Assembly: GCA_001643675.2 (NCBI GenBank)
Contig: LSRY02000021.1
Location: 186,001 to 250,000 of the forward strand
DNA length: 64,000 nt
Direction of reading: 5' to 3'
Origin: Monocercomonoides exilis PA203
Lineage: Eukaryota; Protista; Preaxostyla
The notes beneath the pieces were generated by a model. The model ran no database searches. It was not told where the DNA came from and was given only the letters and a program-made list of their open reading frames with translations. A program made the translations under genes and the position numbers. Positions 24,514 through 37,206 of the stretch are shown here, in pieces (the stretch's first letter is position 1; every line of letters begins with the position of its first letter).

Positions 24514-27500
24514 ATGCTGTTTGTTTGTGGTGTTTTGCTTTCTCTTCTTCTCTGGACTGGGGCTGTTTTTTGGATGGGCCTGGGGTGCGGGGGGAATGCA
24601 GAATATGCAAAGCCATGGTTTGTGTCGGGGATGACAGGGCCGATAGCAGCGAGCATGAGGCGGCTGGGGGCGAAAAGCGAAAAATCAGAGCGGCTGGTGG
24701 GGAGCCTGGTGGGGCTGCTGGAGGCGGCTGAGGCGGTGCACCCCGGGAGGTACGGACTGGCGCACCAGCCTGAGGCAGACAAGGCGTATTTGCGGGTTTG
24801 CAAGATCCTTTGTTTTTGTTTTGCATTAAACCGATGAATAACCATTTGATTTGTTTTGTTTTTTTGTTCTGTTTTGTTTTTGGTGGGGCTGGATGGCGGG
24901 GGGATGCAGTCGATGGTTGTGTCGATGATTCCGGTGTTTGCGGTGTACGGGTGTCTGGTGGGGCTGTTTGTGGGGTGGGGCGTGGGGACGTGCATGGGGT
25001 GCTGCAATCCGCGGGCAGAGAAGCCGGCGTGCGGGTGCTGCTGCTGGGGGAGGAGGAAGGGGCAGGCGGCGTGCCGGTGGGTGCTGGGGGTGGTGTTTGG
25101 GGTGGTGTCGCTGTTTGTGGTGCTGGGGCTGGTGATGTGTGCGGTGGGGCTGTTTTCGGTGCCTTGGACGCTGAAGGCGATCGGGAGCGGGCTGGACAGC
25201 GCGGCCGAGGCAGCAGCATCGGCGTCTCAGCACATCGCAAGTGCACTTCCAGGTGTGGCAAGGGGCATGTCACCGAGTGAGTGCGTTTATTCAGCTGGAG
25301 GAGGAAGAATATTTTATTTATTAATTTATAATTTTATTTTATTTTATTGAGTTTTTTTTTTGAGTTTTTTATTTGACTTCATTCATTGATTGATCTGTTT
25401 GTGGATTGTGATTGGGAAGTGTTTGAGGAGCTGGGGAAGGTGCTGAAGGAGATCGGCGGGGAGCTGAGCGGCGGGGAGGGGGTGTGGCATGCAGAGGGGG
25501 TTGTGGAGAATGTGCTGAAGAAGCCGGAGCGAGTGATGGACAACCCGTTTGCAGAAGGGAACAAGTACTGGACGCTGGGGGAGCGGGCAGCAGAGGAGAA
25601 GGAGTGGTGGGCAGGGCAGCGGTGGAGGGGGAGGACGGGGTGGACGGTGCGGGAGGTGCTGGAGGCGATGGAGGAGACAGCGAGCACAGAGGGGAGAGTG
25701 AGGTTTGTGGAGGCGCATGTTCGGAGCGACTTTGAGAAGAGAGGGTTTGTGGAGGATGCGGAGACGCTGCTGGAGGAGCTGAAGGACATCCGGCTGGAGG
25801 TGTGGCAAGAGCAGAGATTGCATTGAACTTTTCATTTAATTTACTTTTTATTTTATTATTTTATATTTTATATTTTATATTAATATAATGTGATTGGCAT
25901 TTATTGCTGGGCATTTGGGTGTTTGGCCAGGTGAAAGAGGACGAGAACGAGCCGCTGGCGGTGAAGGTGGAGATTGTGGGGGGGCTGACGAGCGAACAGG
26001 CAGGGAGCGTGGGGCGGCTGGTGGAGAAGATGTACGGGGGAAGGGAAGAGCGGGCGGGGAAGACGCGGGCAGAGGCCGAGGCAGAGCGGGAGGCGCTTCG
26101 GGAGGAGAGCCGGCGGGAGGCAGAGACGATGAGCGGGTGGGCGGAGAAGCGGGTGGCGGGGATGCTTTTGCGGCTGAAGGAGACGGAGAGGCAGCTGGAG
26201 AGTGTGTTCTGCTGATTTGGTGGAAACAAACAAATTGACACATTTTTTGATTTTATTCTTTCTTTCTTTTCTTTTCTTTCTTTCTTTTTTTCGAATTTGG
26301 CAATGCTGAATGAAACAGGTGTGAATGGGAGCAAGGTGATTGTGGCGGGTGAGTGCAAAGAGCGTGTGGCGCAGGCGGTGGAAGACTACGAGCGAGCAGA
26401 TTTTGGGGCAGCAGCGCGGGACATGAGTGTGTTTGAGGAGCACATGGCGAATGTGACGGAGGCGGTGGAGACGGCAGCGCGTGTGCGGGCAGATGTGGTG
26501 GAGGTGCTGCACAGGCTGCGGTGCGGGTGGACAGCAGGAGGAGGAGGAGGAGGAGGGGAAGGGCAGTGGTATGAGGAGCTGTTTGTGGAGAAGTACTACT
26601 CGTGCCGGGCAGTGAAGGAGCAGCTGGAGAGGCACCGGAGGAGGAGCAATGGCAGCAGTAATAGCAGCAATAGCAGCAATGGCAGTAATAGTGAGGGGAG
26701 TGGGCTTCTGCCGCAGGGAGAGGCGATTGGGCTGCTGGACTGGCTGAACAAGGAAGGGGGCGGGTCGGCGGAGGAGAGCGAGCGGGAGAAGGAAGAGATG
26801 CTGCGGCTGGCGGGGGTGCAGGAGGCGGTGTTTGGGGAGGCAGGGCGGGCAGCGGTGGAGGAGGTGCGGAGCGGGGCGATAGCGCTGGAGCGGGGGATTG
26901 GGGGCAGCGGGTGGGAGGCGGTTGCAGCAGCGGTGGAGGAAGGGATCGGCGGGGTGGCAGGGACGCTGGACAGAGTGGAGTATGGGATGGTGTCGGTGGT
27001 GGAAGGGCCGCGGGTGTTTGGGGGTGTTGTGCAGAATGTGCGGAACCGGGTGCGGGGGGTGCGGGAGAGGTGGCGGGGGTGGGCAGCGGGGTGGGAGGTT
27101 GGGGTGGACTGCATGTGTGTAGTGGTGGGGGTGTTGTGTGTGGCGGGGGTGGTGTGGGTGTGTGTGGGGGCAGTGGGGATTGCCGCGAGCGGGCGGAAGC
27201 TGCAGCGGCGGCGGTGGCTGAATGCGGGGATCGGGGCAGACTTCGGGGTGGGGCTGGGTGTCGGGGCGCTTGTGTGTGCGGCGGGGTGCTTTGGGCCGCT
27301 GGTGCACGACCTGAAGGCGGTGTATGTGGAGTCGGCGGCAGCAGCAGCAGGGACGGCGACGGTGCAGAACATGGTGCGGGAGCTGGTTGTGGGAGAGGAC
27401 TGGGGAGACGCAGGGGTGTTTGGGGAGTGTGTGGCGCGGGTGCGGGAGGCAGAGGCGTTTGGGGCAGGGGCAGGGGCAGGGGAAGGGAGAGGGGCACAGG

Positions 27501-29857
27501 TGTTTCCGCCGGTGGTGTATGTGCACAAGCTGGCAGGCGGAGAGGGTGGAGCAGAGCTGCTGTATGCGCCGTATGATCTGCGGGGCGACTACCAGAGCGG
27601 AGAGGAAGGGGCGATGTTTGCGAGCTCGGCGGGAGAGAACAACGGCGGGGCAGCAGAGGAGGAGTGGATACTGGCGCGAGAGGGGTTTGTGGGAGAGCCG
27701 TATGGAGAGGCGCGGCGGGTGGAGGGGCAGGAGGTGTTCCGAGTGTTTTCGAAGCAGGGAGGGAATGCGACTGGGGCGGCTGAGCAGAAAGGGGTGGGGA
27801 AATGGGCACAGAAGGAGAAAGAGAGGGAGAAAGAGAGGGAGAGGAAGAAGAGTGGAGCAGCAGGAGAGATTGTGGAGGTGTGGAGGGCGCGGCCGGGGAA
27901 AGGGCATCTGCCGGTGTGCTATTGCCTGCCTGTGGCGATTGAGCGGGTGGAGCTGCAGAGCGCAGTGCCAGGGCCGTCAGTGTATGGAGTGGATGGTGGG
28001 GGTGGTGGGGGTGGAGAGGAGCGCAGCGGAGAGAAGGGGATGTGGAGGAAGATGGGAAGAGCAGAGGGGGATGGGAGGAGAGGAAGGCTGGGAGAAGGGC
28101 AGGGTTTTGACGGGTCGGTGTTTGGGCTGATGAGCTACTCGGAGAGGTTTGTGGAGGAGGCGATGGAGTTCTACCGGGCGAGTGCGGCGGAGCGGGAGGC
28201 GGCGGAGATGGGGAACCCGGTTGAGGGCGGGCTGCGGCGGAGGGTGGAGGAGGCGCTGGGGGTGGCGCGGAGGTTTGGAGAGGCAGAGTGGGAGAAGAAC
28301 CCGCTGCTGGAGAGAGGGGTGTCGCTGACGGCAGAGGCGCAGGCGGCGGTGGGGGCAGCGGTGAGTGCAGCTGAGGGGAAGGCGGAGGAGCTGTGCCGGG
28401 TGGTTGGGGAGGAGACGAAGGCGCAGCGGGTGGGCGGGGTGGTGGCGGGGGTGGCAGGGCCGGTGTGTGTGGAGCTGGGGCGGGAGGGGGAGCTGGTGTG
28501 GGTGGGGGCGCTGTTTGTGGTGTGCGGGGTGGCGGTGCATGCGGTGGTGGAGATGCTGGGGAAGACGCACTGGGTGAGTGGAGAGGAGCTGGCGCAGCTG
28601 ACGGCAGAGGAGGAGGCAGAGGCAGCAGCGCGGCTGGCGGAGGTGTCGAAGGTGCTGGAGGAGGAGTGGTGGCTGGCAGAGGAGGAGGCAGCGCGGAAGA
28701 TGCGCTATGCAGCTCGGGTGGCGAGCCGGCAGAAGGGGAAGGGAGTGTCGGAGGCAGAGGATGGAGGGAATGTGAACAGGCTGACAGAGAGCGAAGGGGA
28801 GGTGAGGGCAAACAGCGATGGCAGCAGAGACGGAGAAGAAGAAGGAGGAGAAGGAACTGGAGGAAATGCGATGGAGGAGGAGGCAGCATACAACGAGTGG
28901 TCGGCAGGGCAGTTCAGGGTGTGGCAGGCAGCGCGGCAGAAGCAGCGGCAGATGGAGAGGCTGCGGACGCTGCAGATGCTGGAGAAGAGAACGGGGATAG
29001 CGCTGGTGGGGGATGTGGATGCAGCAGCGCTGGGTGGAGGGGCAGGGGCTGTGGGTGCTGTGGGTGCTGTGGGTGTTGAAGGAGCTGGAGATGGGGATGG
29101 GGATAGAGGTGGGGATGGGGTGAGCGGGTTCGGCCGGGTGGCGGTGGTGGACGAGGTGTGGAGCAGCGGTGGGGCCAGTGGAGACAGCGGGGCAGAAAGG
29201 AGGAGCAGGAGCCGGGGGGAGGGAAGGAAGGCAGGGAGAGAGCGGAAGGAGAGGAGAGGGGCTGGGAGGAGAGGAAGGGAGAGCGGGCGGAGGGAGGAGC
29301 AGGGGTGGAGGGAGATGGACCGGCTGCTGGACGAGGATGTGCTGCTGAGCGAGGTGCTGGAGAACAGCGAGTGGAGCAGAGCAAAAGAAGACAACAGGGA
29401 TGATGATAACAGGGATGAAGGCAACAGGGATGAAGGCAACAGGGATGGAGAGGGCGACAGCAGAAGGAGCGAGGGAGAATCAAGACCAACGACACAGCAC
29501 AACGAGGAAAGGGAGGATGGGAGCGAAGGAGGTGAAAGAGGCAGAGAGCGAAACGAAGGGCAGGAGGAGGAGATGGAGGAGATGGAGGAGGACAGGAGCG
29601 GAGATGCGGGGGAGGGCAGCAGGGAGCACACAGCAGAAGGGGCTGGAGAACTGGGGCTTGGAGGGAGCGGGGGAGGAGGGGCGGGGGAGGAAGGGAAGAG
29701 CAGCGGGAGGAGTGCAACATCGGCAGAGGTGTTTGGGGCAGGCGGGGGTGCAGATGGCGGGCGGGGGGACTGGCGGGGAGAGGCCGAGGGGAGAGGAGCA
29801 GGGGCTGAGTACGAAAGGCGGAAGGCCCAAAGTGCAGGTGGCAGCAGGCTCAAATGA
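24514..29857 (+). CDS. Large multi-pass membrane protein, prominin/Tweety-like topology; multi-exon, GC-rich
   Basis: Signal peptide ([14 protein letters not shown]), then TM + Cys-rich loop (MGCCNP..CGCCCW) + TM, a long helical loop, a TM pair, a second loop, a final TM and a charged tail. AT-rich introns sit between GC-rich exons. The 3' end is uncertain. Confidence 0.55.
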
Positions 29858-29995
29858 GGTGGGTGCAGCACAACAAGCACTTTGCTGTCTTTCTTTTCTT
29901 TTCTTTTCTTTCCTTTTCTTTTCTTTTTGTGTGCGTGCTTGTGTGCATGGCCAACACGCAGAATGTGCCCAGCCCACCCAGCTTCCTTCGAGCTC

Positions 29996-31224
29996 TGCTG
30001 ATGCTGATGCTGATGCTGATGCTGATGCTGATGCTGATGCTGATGCTGATGCTGATGCTGATGCTGATGCTGATGCTGATGCTGATGCTGATGCTGATGC
30101 TGATGCTGATGCTGATGCTGATGCTGATGCTGATGCTGATGCTGATGCTGATGCTGATGCTGATGCTGATGCTGATGCTGATGCTGATGCTGATGCTGAT
30201 GCTGATGCTGATGCTGATGCTGATGCTGATGCTGATGCTGATGCTGATGCTGATGCTGATGCTGATGCTGATGCTGATGCTGATGCTGATGCTGATGCTG
30301 ATGCTGATGCTGATGCTGATGCTGATGCTGATGCTGATGCTGATGCTGATGCTGATGCTGATGCTGATGCTGATGCTGATGCTGATGCTGATGCTGATGC
30401 TGATGCTGATGCTGATGCTGATGCTGATGCTGATGCTGATGCTGATGCTGATGCTGATGCTGATGCTGATGCTGATGCTGATGCTGATGCTGATGCTGAT
30501 GCTGATGCTGATGCTGATGCTGATGCTGATGCTGATGCTGATGCTGATGCTGATGCTGATGCTGATGCTGATGCTGATGCTGATGCTGATGCTGATGCTG
30601 ATGCTGATGCTGATGCTGATGCTGATGCTGATGCTGATGCTGATGCTGATGCTGATGCTGATGCTGATGCTGATGCTGATGCTGATGCTGATGCTGATGC
30701 TGATGCTGATGCTGATGCTGATGCTGATGCTGATGCTGATGCTGATGCTGATGCTGATGCTGATGCTGATGCTGATGCTGATGCTGATGCTGATGCTGAT
30801 GCTGATGCTGATGCTGATGCTGATGCTGATGCTGATGCTGATGCTGATGCTGATGCTGATGCTGATGCTGATGCTGATGCTGATGCTGATGCTGATGCTG
30901 ATGCTGATGCTGATGCTGATGCTGATGCTGATGCTGATGCTGATGCTGATGCTGATGCTGATGCTGATGCTGATGCTGATGCTGATGCTGATGCTGATGC
31001 TGATGCTGATGCTGATGCTGATGCTGATGCTGATGCTGATGCTGATGCTGATGCTGATGCTGATGCTGATGCTGATGCTGATGCTGATGCTGATGCTGAT
31101 GCTGATGCTGATGCTGATGCTGATGCTGATGCTGATGCTGATGCTGATGCTGATGCTGATGCTGATGCTGATGCTGATGCTGATGCTGATGCTGATGCTG
31201 ATGCTGATGCTGATGCTGATGCTG
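29996..31224. repeat. Perfect (GCTGAT)n hexamer array, about 205 copies
   Basis: Uninterrupted 1229-bp tandem repeat. Confidence 0.98.
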
Positions 31225-32750
31225 TCCTGATAGTTGGCTGAGGATGGCGAATGAAATGAGAGAAGTTCTCATTTTGCCGCTTGAATGTTTTTGTCACGAC
31301 ACTTGGTGATTTGCTTTTTTGAAGAAATAGCATTGTATTTTTATTGTTTTGTTTATTTCCCACTTCACCTCACCTCAAATGATGTTTGATTGAAGAGCAC
31401 TTGCATGTGGAACAATGGAGCAGAGTCACATGTTTTCTTAGGCTTGCCACAAATGTTGCAACAATCACTGAAAAACAGAGAATGCTTCATTCTCTTCGTT
31501 TGCACATGCTGATATTGGCAAAGTCAAAAATGAATTCCATTCACAATGCACACTCCAGAGAGCTTGCGCTGAAAAAATACCCACAAAAACAACATCTTTG
31601 CCTTTTCTTTCATTGTCATCCTCATCCTTTTGTTTTTCTTTGCATTCTTCGCCCTTTGTTCTTTCCCCATTCACTTGCAACTCTTTTCAGATTCTCCGTT
31701 CAACGACACACCCCCTCACTCACTCTACTGTTTTTGAGAGATGGGGCATTTGCCTTCAAAACAGGAGTGTTTGATTTTGCCCAAGCTTTGCGGGATAAAT
31801 CCTTTTTTCTTCTCCATTCTGAGGAAACTTCTTGTCCATCCTCTGAAGATTCGCCATTTCTGCCTTTTCTTTTTGCCTTCAGCTTTCTCTGAATCTGTTT
31901 TTCTTGCCTGCAAAAGGAGGGTGCAAGAAGCTGCTTCTTTGCCATTTCCAGAGAAAACGGTGAGTTCAAACACAAAATTCAGGGTGTGCAATATGTGCTT
32001 TCTTGTGAGATGAAGATTGATGTGGAAAACATTGCAAAGAAACAGGACGGAAAAATTTTGAAAGACAAAAAAGAAAACAAGTGCAAAGATGCCGCAAATA
32101 CTATCAATCGCTGAAAACAGAGCCAAAAACCCAACAAAAAACACTTGATAAAAATTGGAGTTACAAAAATTAAAAATAAAAAATAAATAAAAAAAGACAA
32201 AGACAAGCAAACAAGAAGCAGATATTTGAGGGGAATAAAAGGAAAGATAAAAGCAATTCGCTCAAAATCAACAACAAGAAGACTCTTCCTCAAAAATAAT
32301 ATGCAAATCAATTTGGAAAAAAAAAGACAAAAAGAGTGAGTGAGCGAGTGATGAAGAGGATCCAACAGACAATGTGGATGCAACAGCAGCATCAGACGTG
32401 GCAATGGATAAATCGCTGGAAACGACAATATCTCAAAATGAGCATTCCTCTGCCCAACGGCAAATTGTTCACAAACAGACGCAGCATGTGCGTATTGAAG
32501 CATCGCATTGTCGAATGCTGTTCCTCTTTCATGCTTCCTCTTTCATGCTTCCATATCTCGGCTGCACAGCTCTTCTCCTCAATCCTTTCATTGTCTCTCT
32601 TTGCGTATGTTGTTCTGTCTTCCTTATGCCATGCGCTCCTCTTCTCTTCTCTTCTATTTTCTTCTCTGCTTCTGCTTCTTCATGAGTGAAGAAGAAGAAG
32701 AAGATGATGATGATGAAATCATCTTCTGGCCAATGATGAATATTCGATGC

Positions 32751-34297
32751 CTAACAATAAATCAGACGATCATCAAGACCCTTTGCCCTGCCTCGCATTT
32801 TAGCATCTTTAACAATCGATCCATAGAAGCTGACAACAATGTCTTCATATCCATCTTCTTCCATCTTTTCTCGCAGCTTTCGATTAACCATCATTTTCTG
32901 CTTTGCCTCTTCTCTTTCCTCTTCTGTCATTCTGCTCGTCCAGCTCTGCGCAGGTGAAAAACGTTCATTTTCTTCATTTCGTGTTTCCTTTTTTCTGCTC
33001 AATATTTTGGATAGATCCTCAAAAATGCTCAGACAATACGAATTTATATTATGGTCAATTGTTGGCTGATGAAACTCCTCCAAAAAGAAATCAACAGCTT
33101 CTTCACTTAACAAGCAACCTTTATATTTCACTGCTTCAAATATGCGATTCACAAATAATAATATGCATAGCCTATATATTTCTCTATGGCTGCCCTTCGC
33201 TGCTCTGCACAGATTTGTGATGCTTGTTTCCAGCATCACAAACTCTCCTTTCTGAGTTGTTAAAGAGCCACCGATACTCCGAATTGCTTCCAACCATTTC
33301 ACAATAAGTTTCACTTCTTTCGACTCGCGCAGCACCCACTCTTTCTTTTTCCAATTCACTTGCTCCGTCAACTCCTCCAGTTCTTTTGCTGCTTCTCTTT
33401 CAAAATGAAGTTCTTTCATATTCCCTCTGATATTCCCCATGCAGTTTAACACATTTATAAAATACTCCCAAATTGAATGGTATGCAATCCGGGTCATATT
33501 GCGATGCTCCTGATGATATTTGATGATTTCTGCAATCGCTTTAAAATGCAATGCTCCTTTAACTTCCTAAAAAGAAACATGAAAAAATTTCAATGATATC
33601 AAAAATGAAGTTATTCGTTCTCATACACAAAATTCGTTCATGTTATTCAACGCAAACAAGGCCATCTCCACTTCTTTTTGGGTCTCCTCGTCTTCCTCTT
33701 TGCTCGATGCAGCGTTCAAAAGGCAGCGCACATAAATCAAAAGCAATTCTTTTCGCAAATCAACTGATCTATTTTGCATAAGAAGATGGCTTTCGCAAAG
33801 ATCAGTCAGTAGCTTTCCGTTCATTTTTCTTTTTCTTGCTTCTTCTTCAATTGTCATCTCGAAACTTTTGTTCAATGAACTTGTTTCAATGTTATGAAAC
33901 CAAATTTCTTTCAGTGCTTTGTAATGCCCAATGTGCTTCGCCAATAAGCAAGCGTTTTCCATCGACAATTTCTTTTCTAGAATCATTTTGTGCATTTTAT
34001 CGAAAAGTTCTTCTGAAAAAACACGGTTGAATTCGCATTCATCCATCTCTTCAATAAGCTTGTTCATTTCAACAATTTTCTGTTTCTGTTCATCCTCGTT
34101 GCAGCGCTCAAGCTCACAAAACAATTCTTTAAAATGAAAAGAAAGAAAAGAAAAGAAAAGAAAAGAAAAGAAAAGAAATCCAAGCAACAAAAATTCGAAC
34201 ACAGCAACGGTTGCAAACCTGAAAACTCATTTGCGGTGAATTTCCCTCGCATTTTTGAAAATGGTTCAAAACCAAAAAGCTGAGCCATTTTCATCAT
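32751..34297 (-). CDS. Member of a lineage-specific expanded alpha-helical protein family, multi-exon
   Basis: ORFs 33621-34202 and 32751-33551 joined by a short intron. Motifs ELFCELERCNEDEQKQKIVEMN, TQKEVEMALFAL, EKMEEDGYED. A decayed paralog lies at 10640-11916. Confidence 0.75.
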
Positions 34298-34479
34298 TCA
34301 TATTGGATGCATAAATGTTTGGATAGAAGAAATAAACGAGAAATAGAAACTCAAAGCAGCCTTGCGGATAACAGCTCTCATACCATCATTGGCATTCTTG
34401 ACATTCTTGGCATTCTCGGCATTCTTGGCATTCTTGGGTCGTAAATATGAAATCGAAAATGCTTCATCGTTTCTCGTTT

Positions 34480-36760
34480 GTTGAAATGGATTCAATGATC
34501 GAATTGCATTATTTGAACTTGAATATCCATTTTCTGAAAGAAAGATGGCATTGAAAACATTTCCGACAGAATAAGAGACACATTTTGATGTGGATGAATG
34601 AAAAGCTGGAAAAGAAAAAAAACATTGCGAGCAATGGAATTCTGCGAGATAATTTTGGTGATTGGCATCCAAACAAATACCGCAGTTTAAATATCTTGAA
34701 TTCCAATTTTTTTGATGTTTGCATTCTCAGTCGATCTCTTTTTGTGAAGGCATTTCCGGCTGTCACGTTCTCAGAGCCCGAGAATCTGACGAATTATTCA
34801 AATGGTCAATCTTTGTTTTGCAGAGCAGAATGGAGAGGTCTGACAGCAAGGGCTGATGGCTGGCAAGTCTACTGCTGAAACCGATGAACACTGAAGGCAC
34901 AATGAATTTTTATTTGAGAAAAAGGAGCATTGCCAATGAAACGAAAAATTGAAAATGGCTTCGTGCTTTGTTCTGAAGGTCTGCAACAATTTTTTGGAAT
35001 ATTTATTTTTTTTTTTTTTCTTTTTTGAATTATCATTTTTCATTCAGGCAATTGAAAGCGAGAGGAATTTGATGCTTTCAAAGACGAAGGGCATTTCCGA
35101 AGAAATGAAACGCAAACGGAAATGAGAAGAAGAGGAAGGAAAGAAGAAAAAGAAGGCAGATTGGGAAATTAAGAAAAAGAGAAAAAGAGCCAGATTTGTG
35201 GATACATGCAAGATGGAAATGAGATTGAGAGGATTGAAGAGATTTTTGGGTTAAAGAGAAAAGATGTTTCGAAGAGGAGATTTGAGTTGAATGTTGAATT
35301 TGGGAAGGAAAGTATTTGGATAAACGGAGGGTAATTTTGAGAAGCGAAATAGCAAATAGGGGCAAATGACAAGATTCAGGAAATAAACTATCAAATTTGA
35401 GAGAAAAGAAAGAATGCAAGGAGAGGAGAAAATGGAGAAAGCAAAAATACTTGGAAAAGAGATGGAAGTTAAAAAGGAATTCCATTGAAAAAATCCACAG
35501 AGAAAAGCTGAGAGGGAGCCAGCCTTTGAATATGATGCTGCCAGCTGTTCCACCATTCCAAACTTCTTTTGCTGGAATTGCTGAACCACAATTCTCAACC
35601 GGTGATTGCATGATGATGCTTCCATTAAAGAACACATCGTTTTTTATACCATTTGTCGCAGTGTTGTTAACGAAGAAACAGAATGTGATGAATTTTACTC
35701 CATTAATCTAGGAATAAGTTGCTGTGCAACACAGCCCAGCTCCTCCAAATGAGGAAGAAGCAGTCAGTTTGTTATTTATAAATTGACAATCATTGACTGA
35801 AAACTGATTCGGTTTATTTTTTGGAGACCAATGAAATGTGAGAGAACCAGCAGAATCGTTTCCAGAATTTGAAAAGCACTTGCATCTGGCGAATAAGAAT
35901 TGACCGTTTTATGAAAGGCCAGTAACATTAAAATACCAACGGTTCCACACCAGTATGTTATTGAACAATTTTCAACTCTGTTTTCTGAGAATGAATAAAC
36001 AGAATTTGTTTGCCGATACCCAAAATAAGAAGCTCCTCCATGCTTTGCTTGACAAGTTGTGAAATTGGATTTTACGATGTTGACGTTTAATAAATATCTA
36101 CAAAACAACACCCCGCCAACATCACCAGTTGAACATTTGTTGAATGAACAAGAAGTGATTGCAAGATTTTCATTTGTGCAGTTGACTTTCAGAGCACCTC
36201 CATAATCATTTCCACCCTTTGAATCGTTCCATTCGCACCATTCGAAGCGATGGTTGTTAACATCAAATGAAGTCAATCTTCCAGGTGATTTTCTAACAGT
36301 TTCATTTCCCACATGTACCACAGGAGCATTTGATGAAGAGCGTGTTTGGTGAAGAAAAGATGTGTTGAAGGCAGAGAGAGAAGTTGATGGGCTGTTGAGG
36401 TTGGGGAGGATGGCACCATCGATGGGGTTGCATGTGTGGAGGAAGATAGTCGAGTGAACGGAGAGAGATAAGTGAACGGAGAAAGAAGGGAATAAATTGG
36501 AGTTAGCGTTGGGGGAAGTGTTGATGGCTGAGATTGTACTGAATACGTTGTGTAAATGTGAGAGAGGAGATATCGGAGAAGAAGGTGCTTGAGAGGTGGG
36601 CATTGAAGTGGGGATATATGTGGGGATAGAATTGATGATGGAAATAGAGACGCAATGAAGGAGAAAAGGAAGAAAAAAATATTTGAAAAGATGAGCTCTG
36701 TTGAAAGACCCCTCCAAGATGCTTGCATCTTTAACAGTTACATGGTCAATTGCATGTTAA
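34480..36760 (-). pseudogene. Degraded beta-helix/pectin-lyase-like repeat surface protein gene (GGA-x repeats)
   Basis: HRFEWCEWNDSKGGNDYGGAL, ITSCSFNKC, GGVLFC, KSNFTTCQAKHGGA. There is a frameshift near 35930 and a stop near 35708. Paralog of 55557-56933. Confidence 0.7.
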
Positions 36761-37206
36761 TTTCCAATAAATATTTTTATTTTCACTGAATAATTGTTTT
36801 AACACTTGCGTTTTCAACAACGATAAAAATTTTTTTGAATAAAATATCACAAACTTCTTTTTTGAATGTGCAAAAACTATTTTAAAAAAACAAATAGCTG
36901 ATGATTATTACTTAACTTCAATATCAATTTGTAAAGATCACATAATAATTCAATATAATGTGCATTTTATTTGAACATCATGATTTTATTGACATTTAAT
37001 CTGTTGTAATATTTCAACAAAAATAAAAACATAACGTAAGCAAAGTTTATGAAAACATAGCAAAACAAACAAAAACAAAAAAATAAAAAGAAAAGAAAAA
37101 GAAAAGAAACATGGTGAGTTTAAAAGAACTTGTAAATTTTTCTTCCTTTTCACTAAAACAGAACAGGAAAATGAAACTGCAGAAGGAATAAGATGGGGCC
37201 AGGGTT

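Noticed and set aside
24284-29720. Long Pro/Ser-rich minus-strand ORFs (329-878 aa)
   Set aside because: Antisense shadows of G-rich exons on the plus strand.
29996-31224. Telomeric array
   Set aside because: The unit GCTGAT has no G-run and the array is internal, with unique sequence on both sides.
28705-31363. poly-HQ, poly-AS and poly-ML ORFs
   Set aside because: Stop-free reading frames of the hexamer repeat.
31386-32700. Several overlapping 90-170 aa ORFs
   Set aside because: No recognisable domain or consistent exon structure.
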